Assembly (NCBI GenBank): GCA_964106915.2
Contig: OZ066915.1
Direction: 5' to 3' (one strand)
DNA: 64,000 bases
Source: Podarcis gaigeae
Lineage: Eukaryota
The notes below the pieces were generated by a model. It searched no databases. It had not been told where the DNA came from and saw only the letters and a program-made list of their open reading frames with translations. This document shows positions 12,882 through 24,964 of this stretch, in pieces (position 1 is the first letter of the stretch; each line of letters starts with the position of its first letter). The position numbers and the translations under genes were made by a program.

Positions 12882-13685
12882 CTTACAACACAAGGCCCAC
12901 ACAACTGGAGCTTCTAAGACAGGCACAGCATGAGGACCAGCGGCAGAGCAAACCGATCGGGCACCTGGGGTAGCGCGCGTGCCCTGTGCCTGCGGGGCAG
13001 GGCCAGCCAGGACAGGACACTCTGCAGTGCCTCTGAGGAGTCTGCCTGCCTCCTCCCACTCAGCCATCCTACAGCTGAGGGGGAGGTGTGGGCAGACCGT
13101 TTCGGGTAGCATGGAGCCTGCGGGTGCCCAAGCCACCGCGTCACTCCCAGGCCCCGTAGTGAGTGCTGCCTGGCATTTTGTGTCTCCCCTCAGTGGTGAC
13201 ACCAGGGCCCACCCATCCCACCGCACCCCTCCCCCCCCTCCGCTGAGAATGTTGAGAGCCAACCTACCTCAGCATGAGCCTTGCCCTGTAGGATTTGTTT
13301 ACTCTCCATCTGGCTTCTCACCACCAGGGGCGGAAGAATGACAAAAGAGGGGGGTGACAAAATGTGGGGTGGCACTCACCACGGGGCCTGCAGTGTGCCC
13401 GACCCACACGTCTCTCCTGGGAGTAACAAAGTGGCTTGGGCGCCCACAGGCTCCACGCTACCCCAAACGGTCTGCCTGCCACCTCCCCCTCAGCTGTAGG
13501 GCGGCTGAGTGGGAGGAGGCAGGCAGACTCCTTGGAGGCCCCGCGGAGTGTCCTGCTCCGGCTGGTGGTGCCCCTGGGCACAGGGCATGTGCGCTGCCCC
13601 AGGCACCCGATTGGCTTGCTCCGCTGCTGGTCCTCATGCTGTGCCTGTCTTAGAAGCTCCAGTTGTGTGTGCCTTGTATTGTAAG
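12882..13685. repeat. Long inverted repeat (arms ~12882-13191 and ~13347-13685) in N4BP3 3' UTR, built on a GC-rich transposon-like element
   Basis: 12882 cttacaacacaaggcccacacaactggagcttctaagacaggcacagcatgaggac... is the reverse complement of ...gtcctcatgctgtgcctgtcttagaagctccagttgtgtgtgccttgtattgtaag ending at 13685. Complementarity continues inward for ~300 bp. Confidence 0.9.
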
Positions 13686-16600
13686 TGACAAAATGTTCAG
13701 CTCCAGAATGCGTAAGTCTGGTCCAAAAGCTCACTGAAAGCCAAACCAATTGGGCTCATCAATCCAGAGGGCAGGCAGGGTCATCTGGGCTTGGGCCAGT
13801 TTCTCCATAGGCAATGGGGAGAATGGGGGGTGGGACTGTTCTGTCCCTCTGTTCTGTTGCTGCTTGGTGCCCCAGTTTTTGGATTTGAAGGTTCTGGGCC
13901 AGAGTGATGAGTCCTGAAATGGAAGTTCTACCTGGCAATTCCTGGAATAAAAATCTGCCTGACACCTTTGGCTCCACGTTTGTTGCTTTCTCTTTTCACT
14001 GTAGCATCCCCTAACATTTCTGCTATTGTTGACCATGGCATTTATACTGTAATGAACGTTCAATACACATGCTTACGTTGCTCCACAACCAGTTCTTGCA
14101 GTCTAACCTAGGCCAGATAGAGCAGTGAGAAGAAATGGGGCCGTGCATAAGACAAGAATGGAGATGACTCTCTTGCCTCTGTTTCTTCGGTAGGGAGGTG
14201 GGTGGGTGGGTAGGTAGGGGGTGGTGATAAAAGGGAATCTTCTTGAAGCATTTTTCTGAATTCAAGGGTGGAAAGTCATTTTAATCCTTTATCTGGACTG
14301 CAATCTGAGATGATGGAGAAAGGATTGATTGTGGTTTCTAGCATCCTGCAGCTTCTCTTCCTGCTTTAGAACAGGGTTTGCTCACCCTACTGGTGTGTGA
14401 GGTGAGCACAGAGAGTTTGGCATGCCCAAGCCATTTGAATTCAGGAAATGTACAGCGTAACTAGCAAGAGCAGAAAACAAAATAATTATCTGCTGGCTGG
14501 TAGAGGATTTGACAGATCGGATGACCAAATATTGTGCTGGGTGTGGGATATCCAGTCTTATATAACACAGCTTCCTTTCCTGCAAAAATTTCTCTAAATT
14601 ATACTGCAACTGAAGCAGCTAAGCAATTTAATTTATTAGCCTGAGAAACTGGCTGAGCTTCACTGTGGCCCCGCCACCTCTAGAAATCTAATGTATTTAT
14701 TGGATACCTATGATGTGTACTTGGCTCATGTCCAAGCCACAAGCCACAAGACAAAGGCCTGGGTTAGTGAATGGTGGAATGGAAATTAATGAAGAAATTG
14801 CAAAATAGATTGCACAAGAACACCAGGCTGCATAAAAATACTAGGCCTGGTTGGGAACGTGCTTCCTACAATTCCAGTTGAATTGGACTTCCCTGGTCCC
14901 AGGAAACTGCAAAGGCTTGGCTTGTTTTTCTTGTCGGACAGCTGGCTGTTGAAATCCCTTGTTTGTTTCACTGTGCCCACACCAGTCCAGTGCTCTGTTG
15001 GCGCCTCATCCAAAATCCCCAAAGCAGGTTTCCACCCATCAATTAGAGCTGTGCAGAGTTGAGGAGCAACCCAGGAGAGGGCGGCACCAAAACTTGGCAG
15101 CAAAGCCAGAAACCAAGCTGCTAGCTCAGATGCCACAGGGAAGAGTTGAGGCGTCACAGGGAGCAGTAGTGCTTGCCTTCTAGAGCTGCTGGACAAACCA
15201 GTTTCCTGAATTCCACAGGACTGAATCATTCCCTGGAAGGAGATGGGGCCCAGGCAGGTGCCACTGATACAAAGAAATCTGCGGTGCTACAGCTCCAATC
15301 CAAAAACATTTGGAAAGCTCAGACGTCCTGGCCCCTCCAGCCATCCTGCGTTTGGCATGTGTTTCCTCCAAAGGTCTATGACAGCAGTGTTTCCTTCTTG
15401 GCCCCCAGCCCAGAAACCTGGTCTCTACAGCTTTTGTGGAGACAAGTGTGTCACTCCACTTTACATTTCTTCCCACTACAGCTGGACATAAGACAGCCTC
15501 AAAAGCATGTACTGTTCACATTGGTGTTTTTCACTGGTGGGATTGTTCCTTAGTGTCAGTTCTGCCATTTCATTTCCTGGACCTGTAGGTGAACATTGCT
15601 CAACAATCCTTTCCCACTTCTGTGGTTTATATCCAGCAAAGATGTGGACACTACATTTTTGTCACAAGCCAAGGTCAGAGGTTTTCTGTAGACTAGCTCC
15701 TGTTTCTCAGCTTCTGTAGTTTCTGTCTATGAAGTGGACTGCCTGTGGATTCGCCTTTGTCAACATTGAGGCACCCAAACAGGTACTGATGCTCCACTGC
15801 AAGTCTACTGTACTAGCATTGTGGACACATAGCACAATTCATCTGCATAAGCAATGGCCAAATTGCTGTGCATAAGCTGGGTGTTTAGTTGTTTTATCAA
15901 ATTTTAATCAAGGTGTGATTGAATAAGAAATGCACACATAAGGAAAATAAAATGTCTGGCACATGTTGCTCATTGTTTTCAATGTAATGCCCCAGCTGAA
16001 AACCTTAGAAGAGCAATGAGATACCATGTGCATTTCATAAAAGTTGAATGGACTGCAGTCTAGTGTTTTCCAAAAAGTAAGGGACCACTGCTGATTTGCC
16101 TCTAGAAGAATAAATATATAGGAAATGAGTTAAGCCTTCATATAAGCCACCCATAAATGAATGTACCATTGGTAATGGAAAGCAGGGATACTTCTTATTT
16201 TCCCTTCTTGCCCCAATGGAAGTAAGTCCTGTTTAACACAATGGGACTTACTACTGAGTAGATGTTTATAGGGTTGCACAGTAAAGGTAAAAACCAATAC
16301 ACTGAATTTAAGTTGGAGATGTAACTGGATGCCACCAGAGCTCTCCCAGAATTGGGCTTATATGGCTCTCATTTTGTATTGGATGAAGTTTCAAGGGCAG
16401 CCCCATGCAGAATTCACTACAGCAATCAAGATGAATATTTACGTAGACATGCTCCTTGAGCATATATTAAAGGTTTGTATCACCTCTGACGCCTTGAGCT
16501 GAAGAATTAACAGAAATGCTTCAGAAAAGCCATAGTAAAACATGCCAGGGCTGTGTCACCTGTTGGAGCACTAAACCTGCTAGGATTGGTCGTTCTTAAT

Positions 16601-17179
16601 AGGTACCTTTTTAGATAATGAGCTACTTTTCACAAACCGACAAGCCTCTGCCTGATCTGTCACTGGAGAAACACTTCGTTGGGCTTTCAAACTAAAAGTG
16701 GGTTCTGATTAGCTCTAAAAATGGTTCATTCCAGTCCTGCACTGCACGTCATCCGAGCCAAGAATGGTCCGTTCCACCCAGCTGTTGCCCGTTGATGGTT
16801 CATTCCAGGCACACCCTATCCGAAAATGAGGATGGTTTGATCCATCATTAGAGAACTTTAGCAGTTATGCCTATATAGGACCGCACCAGGGAAGGAGGCG
16901 GCTGGATACGCAATTATTCTTCTGTTGTTCCGGTCCGGAGAAGATTGACGTCTCATTCCGCGACTCTCAGGTTAGCTGTTCTTTTCCCCTTCCCCACCCC
17001 GCCTGTCCCTGGAAATGGTTCCGTCCAGTGCTCACACCGACCAGTAAAGGAATGTGCCACTGTAATATAAGGGGTGTGCGTGTGTTCTCCACCCCCACCG
17101 TACGGTGGTCTAGTCTCGCCCAGAGAATGTCTGAGACGGGTTAAAGCCTATGGTGTCCCTCACCTCCTCAGTTTGAACG

Positions 17180-17680
17180 CTCCGGGCCGTGAAATACACA
17201 CTCCCATAAGGGGCTGCCACAGTACCTTTCTCGGCCAGTACCAAGCGGTTAGGGAGGCCGGGGGTGGGGGGGGCTTCCTTTCCGTTCCCTCTCTTCCTCC
17301 CTGACACCTTCCCCTTTGGCTCGGGTCTTTATGGCCGCGCCGGGCCAGTGACTGATTGGGCGCTCTTGTCCCGCCTCCTTCAGGGCGCGCGCGGCAGAGG
17401 CAAGGCCGGGGCGATGGAGCGCTGCGCCTGCGTGGAGAGGGAGCTGGACAAAGTGCTGCAGAAGTTCCTGTGCTACGGCCAGCACTGCGAGCGAGGTCTG
17501 GAGGAGTTGCTGCGCTACGTCAGCCAACTGAGGGAGGAGCTGGGCGCTGCAGGTACGCGCGGGGGCCTCCGTCTGGTGGTGGCCAGTCGGCTCCTGCCTC
17601 TGAGGGAGCGAGGAAGGAAGGGCGGGTGGGTCGAGGGCGGCGTCGGGAGCGGCAACAGCTGGCGGCTTCTCGAGTGTCCT
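17180..17680 (+). promoter_or_regulatory. CpG-island promoter / first exon of RMND5B
   Basis: High CpG and GC density around the ATG at 17414; reverse CCAAT box (gattgg) near 17354; GC-box-like runs. Confidence 0.7.
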
Positions 17681-20600
17681 TATTGTTATTTACAAGATGC
17701 TCCTTTTCTTTTTAGATGCATCAAATGTGTGAAGTGTTATCCTCAGCTGGCAGATATATAGTGTGGGTGGGTGGGGGAATCTGTAATCCCTGGAGCCCCA
17801 AAGGCAATGAAATGTAGCTACAGGGTGCATCATTTGCTTCAGTCATTTTACAAGTGAATTAATTGTGAGTCCCTGTCCAAGGAACCAGAACAAATCTGGT
17901 TGCATTGTAAGCTTGAGTTACCGACAGTGGAGCCTGTGGTGTGCTCCTTGTGGTAGCTGGAAGCTTGTGTACTTCCTAAAGGAAGTGGTCAGTGCAGTGG
18001 TCAGCATGTTTCTGGGTTAAGATAGGACTTGTATTGTCCATTCTGTAGCTACACAGTCTAACACATTTCTAACTTCTTACTCTGCCATCAGCCTGAGTCT
18101 GGACCAGTCGTGGAACAAGTTATAGTGGTACCTCGGTTTACAAACTTAATCTGTTCCTGAAGTCTGTTCTTAAACCAAATACGTTCTTCAACCAAGGCGC
18201 ACTTTCCCTAATGAGGCCTTTCGCCGCTGGGGCCTTTCCACCGTTCAGCTTCCATTTGTAGACCGAGGTAAAGTTCACAAACCAGAACACTACTTCCAGT
18301 TTTGTGGAGTTTGTAAACCGTGTAGTTCATAAACAGGACTGTTTGTAAACCGAGGTATCACTGTACCGTCTTGAAGTCCTCGAACCTTTTGAAACAGAAG
18401 CCAAAGAATGGTTGATCGAAGACAGCCATAAATATTGTATACGTTGGCATAATGTAGAGTTGTTTAGGTATCAGTGGTAGCGTTATTGACCTGAAGATAC
18501 AAATTTCCCAAAGATCTGAAGTAACTGTGGAGGAGGATGTACTGAAATATCTTCAGGAATGACAGTACTGGTAGATTATCCATCTTGGTAGGGAAGTTGA
18601 TGTTTACAACCTCAACCTCTACCTCTTTGTTTGTTGGAACAGTGTCTCTGGGAGACTATCAGTACATTGAAACTTCAAGGAAATCTCTGACAAAAGGGAA
18701 ATTTTGGCATGAGTTTGCTGAACCAGAATTTATCAATAAAGTTGTTTGTTTAGGACTCAGAACCAAGGTTTTCTCTTAGGACTAATGATGATAAATTGGC
18801 ACAGCAAAGATTGTGTTAACCAATGAAAGCTATTGTTTATGTTACTAATAGATTAGTGAAAAGGTTGAATTTGTGTTTTGCTTTTGTAGAACGTTGTCCT
18901 GTTTTCTTGGAGCATATTATACCATAATTTATATATCATCTATTTGAAAGCAGCAAGATTCCTAGAATTGGTTTTGAGTGTTCCTGCTCTAGAAGCAGTG
19001 GGAAAAGCCAGTGTGGTGTCATGGTTAGAGTGCTGGACTAGGACTTGGGAGACCAGTATATAAATCCCTATGTGACCATGAAAGCTCCTCAGATGACCTT
19101 GAGCTGGTCACTATCTCTCAGCTTATCCTACCTCATAGGGTTGTTTTGAAGATAAAAAGGAAAGAGGAAGAATTACGTATGTCACCTTGAGTTCCTTGGA
19201 AGAAAAGTGGGATAGATGTAATAATAAATAGATAAAATTAAGATTCCACCCTCCCATAGCCCCATAATCTGTTCGTTCTCTTACTGGTGAACATAAATTT
19301 CTCCCAAGACTAAGATCTGGGGGGAAAACTGTTGGCTTCTGTTAATTCCTACCTGAACCAGATCAAATTTGTAAGCAATGAGGAATTCTTGCTCTATAGA
19401 CTACAGGTAACTTGCATCTTACATGATGGTTCAGTTCTGGGAGTCCACATGTAAATGCAAAAATGTCCATAACCGGGAACTTTGGGTGTGAGGGCTCCAG
19501 GATGTTGCCAGAGCCCTAGCACTGCCTTCCCAAAGCCAGGTAAGTCGGTGATCACAGCCTTGTGTGGATGGGTGGAGAATAAACAAATGGAGAGTGGGTT
19601 TCCCCTGCTCTCCATGTATTTAATAAATCTTCCTTAGCGGTCAGTTGTAGCGAAGTAAGATTGTCTTCCATAAACACGGTTTTAACAATGAGTCCATAAG
19701 TGACTGTGGAGGCCAATGCTGGATCCACACGTCCGTCCTTCTACAGTGGGGACATTGGATTTCGGGCGGGAGCTGATCACAGTGTGGCTTTGCCAAGCAT
19801 GCCTTCCTCTTAGCACGTTTCTCCCTTGCATCCGGAGTTTGAGTGTCTTCAAAGCCCATAACGCCTTTGATAAAGGCTGTTCTCCAATTGGAGCGCTCAC
19901 AGGCAAGTGTTTCCCAATTGTTGCTGTTTATACTACTTTTCAAAATACCTCCCTGCACACAGCTGCAATTGTGTAAGTAAAATAAGTGTAAGATGCGAGT
20001 TACCTGTATACTCTTGAACTGGCACCCACACTAAGATATAATTTCTGCTTCTCCTGCAGCCTTGCAACGAACGCCACTGTCTGCTACTCTCTCTCTGGTT
20101 ATGTCCCAATGCTGTAAGAAGATCAAAGACACAGTGCAGAACCTAGCTTCAGACCACAAAGACATTCACAGCAGTATCTCTCGTGTGGGCAAAGCAATCG
20201 ATAGGGTGAGTAGGTTCCAGGAGGAAGGTGGGAACCCAAGCATTTAAAACTGAAAACTTTATGAGTTTTGAGAGCAAATGTTTTTCTTGCATATGCTCCA
20301 TCATCCTATATAGAGCTCATTATTGAAACATGGGTCTTTTATGGATTAGTGCAGTGTGCATCTTCTCTCCTGTGTTGTGCTTTGACTACATCCACACTGC
20401 CTGATTTTACTCAGGCCCACAAATGTCTCCCTGTTTTTCCAACCTTCAGAACCAGTGTCTTTCCTCTGTGTTAACACTGAAATCTAGAATTCTGCATAAA
20501 AGAATACAGTCATACCTCGGGTTGTGAACGCTGCGGGTTGCGTGTTTTTGGGTTACAGATGCGGTGAACCCAGAAGTACCGGAATGGGTTACCTCCAGGT

Positions 20601-23600
20601 TTCGGCACTTGCACATGCACAGAAGTGCTAAATCATGCTTTACGCATGCACAGAAGCGCCGAATTGCGTCATGCGCGTGCGCAGACATGGTGCTGTGTTT
20701 TGCGAATGTGCCTCCCACACGGATCACGTTTGCAACCCGAGGTTCCACTGTATTAGATTGTCCAGAGTTCAGTATTTGTAGTAAACACATGTGTGCATTG
20801 TATTGGCTAAACAAGGGTGGCTCCTGTTTTTTTCTTCTTCTTCACACATAGTTTAAATGGGATTAGTTTTGGTTTTGCAGGGCTAGGAGTGAAAGCACGG
20901 GACATTAAGCAGAAGAATCAGAGTTGAATCTTGTGAGAATTTCCTTGACTGTTGCCAAGGAGAGGGATATTATTTAAGCCTTGATAGTGAACATGACTAG
21001 AAACCATTGCAAACTCTGTTCATGCCATAATAATGTGATCTCTACAGTTGCCAGGATGGCAACCCACCTTGCTTTCCAACATGCATAAGTTACATCAAAT
21101 GACTATACCCCCTTTTTAAACTCAAAGATGAAGAACTAGTGGCAAGCACTGTGGGAAGCCCAGATCATGAATAAGTTTTTGGAATTGAAACCAGTAATTC
21201 AGCTGTTGTCTGATATATCATTTAAGAAATTGAAGGAAGTTCTCCTGCCTCAACTGAGGATTGGGCCTAGGGTCCCTCCCCATCAGTATCTATGGAGAGG
21301 AAGACTTAACCCATGTGCTTTCCTTTTGCTGTTAAATCAAGAGCATCCACATTTCTCCAGCACACAACAAGCCTTTCTACCTATCCAATTCCTTGCTCTG
21401 AATTCAGCCTCAGTTCCGGGTTGATGATGTTCATAAACAACAAGAGTAGGGCTTTTTCTGTTGATAGTTTCCTCAAGGATAGTTTGTGAGGGAGCTACAT
21501 GATGATAGTGCTGGGCAGGACACTCCCTTTTTCTCCTTGCCACCAGAATGAAATTAGGTTGAGGGCCGCATCTGTGATCTACAAGCTTTATTGAGGTTCC
21601 TAAGCTCTGTTGCTTGCCTGTCTTTTCTCTTAGACTGTTTAAATTACTGGAAACAAGTTACTGACAAGAATGCCCCTGAATTTGAAAAAAGACTTGCATG
21701 GGGTGTAATATGGCTGCCACTACTATGTCCAAAACTTCAATATACTTCTCTACCTGTCTGTAGCTACTGCCAAATTCATAGTGATATGGGATGACAGCTA
21801 GTATTGTACTCAGTGCTGATGGAAAGCCACTTATTGTTCTGGGATTTGGAATACTATTTGGTCTGGGGCTTTCTTTAGTGCTTTTGAATGACTGACTCCT
21901 TGTTCTGTTCCAGCATTTTGATGCTGATTTGTGTGGCATTGTTCCTGCTATGGTCTGGGAGTCTCAAGAGAAGCAGATCCTGGTGTTGGCCATCATAGAG
22001 CACCTCTACCAACAAGGGATGCTGGGAGTGGCAGAGGAACTGTGTCAGGTACAGGGGTTTGAGGAGTTGGAAGTGCAAATGTTATTTGCATGGTGTATGG
22101 GAACCGATAGTTGTATCTCTACATTGTGCTATGCCGCTTCTTGGTAGGAAAGGTCTCTGTTTCTTGCTTACAAATGCAGGAGGATCAGAAGCCTGAACCT
22201 GCCAGCCAGTTCCACTGCAAAGTACAACAAGCTGCCTATTATGCTGCCTGTTCTATCCAACCTGCAGAGGATAGATATGTACTTGACAGCTTCCCTCTGG
22301 GAATATATATCTTACCTAGAGCCTTGTTCTAATTTTGCTTGCCCTTCCACAGGAATCCACTGTGAATGTGGATGTAGACTTTAAAAAGCCATTCCTGGAA
22401 CTTAACAGCATATTGGAAGCTCTGCACAAACAGGATCTGGAGCCTGCTCTGAGGTAAGAATGATGAGCTATATTCTGTTTCCCCTCTTAGGAAGTACAGT
22501 GGGAGAGGAAACAGAGTCCTAACAGAATGATTTTGAAGTAGGGCCTATGGCAAGGGCCATTGGGAGAACCACACTCCTCATTATCAGTGAGCCTATCCAC
22601 TCTATGGGTCTACCATCTTTTCTCTTCCAACAAGCACTGAGAAGTGCTGCTTGTTTTGTTTTCACTCATTATCTTCTACACAAGGCCAGGGTATTCCTGT
22701 AATAAGATACCTGAACTTGTGAGCTCACAGCATGCTGCTGCAACCTGCCTCAGACCAGGTCGTCCACAAATATGTAGCTTGGATTGGAGCAGCACCCACT
22801 CTAAGGGCAGCTTTATATGTAGATGATGGCATTGAGCAGTGTTGTCTCTTGCTCAGTTGGGCAGTCTTCCACCGACAGCAGCTGGCAGAAATGAACAGCA
22901 ATCTGGAGTTCCGGCTGCATCGACTCCACTTCATCAGGCTCCTTGCTGGCGGTCCAGGCAAGGAGCTAGAGGCCCTGAGCTACGCACGCCATTTCCAGCC
23001 CTTTGCTCACCTGCATCAGCAAGGTGAGGCTGTTTCCAGAAGCCTACTCTGCTACTTGTTCCTTGGGAGGAGCTTTCTTGCCTTTAGGCTGTTTCTCTGG
23101 GCCTTGCCACACCCAATAGAATGGGCTCCTATTTTGTTGCTTCAAAGTGTTTGGAGTTTCCCTTTTTAGTAGGGGAAGTCTTGGGAGTTGTTGACTCAGC
23201 CTGGTCATTGTCATAGGTATCAACCATTTCCCAATAACTGGTTCCATAACAGGCCAGCCCCGTTAGCAAAAGTATGTTTACCTGAGTGCTGCTTCCTGCA
23301 TTTGTCATCTGCAGAGATCCAGGTGATGATGGGCAGCCTGGTGTACCTGCGTTTGGGCCTTAAGAATTCTCCATATAGGCATCTTCTGGATGAGAGTCAG
23401 TGGACTGAGATTTGTGAGATATTCACTCGTGATGCCTGTGCCCTGTTAGGTCTCTCAGTGGAGTCACCTCTGAGTGTCAGGTAAAGCTTGTTATGGGTGG
23501 GACTGGTGGTGGATTGAGCAGTGCTGAGCTATCTCCTCCCTCCTTCTCTCTCGGCAGCTTTGCTGCAGGATGTGTAGCGCTGCCGGTGCTGATGAACATC

Positions 23601-24964
23601 AAGGCTGTGATTGAGCAGAGACAGTGCACGGGTGTCTGGAGCCACAAAGATGAGCTGCCTGTGAGTGCCTGGCCCATTCAGGGGCTGCAGGGTGGGGATA
23701 TTTTTGTGAAAGAGAGTTAACTGTAACAACCAGGTCATGGGCCTAATTATTTTCTGCTTGTTTTATCAGATTGAAATTGAGCTTGGAATGAAATGCTGGT
23801 ACCACTCGGTCTTTGCATGTCCCATTTTGCGACAGCAGACAACTGATTCTAACCCACCTATCAAGCTCATCTGTGGGCATGTTATTTCTCGAGATGCCCT
23901 TAACAAGCTCATCAATGGAGGGAAGTGAGTGGTTTTTACAAACTGTTGTTACTTTCCTCCATTCTGGGAGGCTGTGGATGATGAACTCTTGCCTGAAAAA
24001 TTGAAGTATCCAGAGTCTCCTACCTGTGAAATGCTATTGTCACCCTGACAGGATTAGATTCCCCACACATCTCATTTCCGTGTACTGTATTTTTCACTCT
24101 ATAAGATGCACTTTTTCCCTCCTAAAAAGTAAGGGGAAATGTGTGTGCGTCTTATGGAGCGAATGCAAGCTGTGCAGCTATCCCTGAAGCCAGAACAGTG
24201 AGAGGGAGCGCTGCGCAGCTGTTCTAGCTTGTGGCTTAGCCGTGCGCAGCCTCTTAAGGGCAGCGGGGAGCCTTCATCCCGCTACCCTGAAGAGGCTGCG
24301 CAGCTATCCCAGAAGCCAGAAGAGCAAGAGGGATTGGTGTGCACCGATCCCTCTTGCTGTTCTGGCTTCAGGGATAGCCACACAAACCCTCTTGGGCACA
24401 GTGGGAACGCTCCTGCCTCTTCGCTCAAGAGGGTTGGTGTTGCTTTCATGTTTCTTGTTTCCCTCCTCTAAAAACTAGGTGCATCTTATGGTCGGGTGCG
24501 TCTTATAGAGCGAAAAATATGGTAGGTCCAGGAAGTCCCTTTCATCTTGAAGCAGTTTCTCACTATCATTTTATTTTTTGGGACTACATGTTAGTTTCAC
24601 TGTGTCTGCTGCCCTCTGCTGGGTAACTAGGTCATACTGCAGTTGCTACAGTAAGGGGGACCTTAGCACTGCTCCTTGTAGTTTCTTAGTAACTGGCAAG
24701 CCCAAGGCCAAATCAGACTTGTTAACGGGGCAGAGAAGAGAGTGAGGTAGTGGACCAAACACCAGGACTTGCTAGTGGTCTACTGGAAGTATGGGTCTGG
24801 GTCAGCTTCCTGCTTATCTGATTTAGTGGTCTGGTAGGACTACTTGCCAATGAGAATTCTAAGGCCTTGTTTTGATTCTGGTCTTTCTTTCTTTGTGCAG
24901 GCTGAAGTGTCCATATTGTCCCATGGAGCAGAGCCCAGCTGATGGAAAACGCCTAATCTTTTGA
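17414..24964 (+). CDS. RMND5B: E3 ubiquitin ligase RMND5B (CTLH/GID complex RING subunit), 9 coding exons, ~391 aa
   Basis: Exons 17414-17552, 20060-20205, 21914-22048, 22353-22453, 22857-23023, 23315-23480, 23558-23660, 23770-23924 and 24901-24964 total 1176 nt in frame. Peptide runs [18 protein letters not shown]... through LisH/CTLH/CRA regions to the [55 protein letters not shown]. Position between N4BP3 and NHP2 supports the 5B paralogue. Confidence 0.95.
18123..18363. mobile_element. Tc1/mariner-type MITE
   Basis: TIRs tagtggtacctcggtttac...gtaaaccgaggtatcactg with TA flanks. Confidence 0.8.
19005..19235 (+). mobile_element. tRNA-derived MIR/CORE-like SINE
   Basis: A-box-like gtggtgtcatggttagagtgctggac, core ctcagcttatcctacctcatagggttgtt, and an A-rich tail. 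A reverse copy lies at ~27460-27650. Confidence 0.6.
19645..19945 (-). mobile_element. RTE-clade LINE 3' fragment
   Basis: Minus-strand peptide [16 protein letters not shown]...REKRAKRK...[18 protein letters not shown] is typical of the C-terminal region and C2H2 finger of RTE-type ORFs; it is frameshifted. Confidence 0.65.
20507..20750. mobile_element. Tc1/mariner-type MITE
   Basis: Imperfect TIRs cagtcatacctcgggttg...caacccgaggttccactg with TA flanks. Confidence 0.75.
24085..24522. mobile_element. Tc1/mariner (pogo/Tigger-like) non-autonomous element
   Basis: TIRs ctgtatttttcactctataagatgcac...gtgcgtcttatagagcgaaaaatatgg with TA flanks. A related copy in opposite orientation lies at 26959-27452. 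Confidence 0.75.

Noticed and set aside
12690-13749. Overlapping 100-190 aa ORFs on both strands, some similar to each other
   Set aside because: By-products of the GC-rich inverted repeat; no recognisable protein family.
16721-17030. Short repeats with unique spacers resembling a CRISPR array
   Set aside because: Vertebrate DNA, 13-bp degenerate repeats, irregular spacing and no cas genes.
18366-18780. Coding-looking stretch in RMND5B intron 1
   Set aside because: The frames I checked hit stops within about 65 codons and I recognise no protein; a TBLASTX search would be needed.
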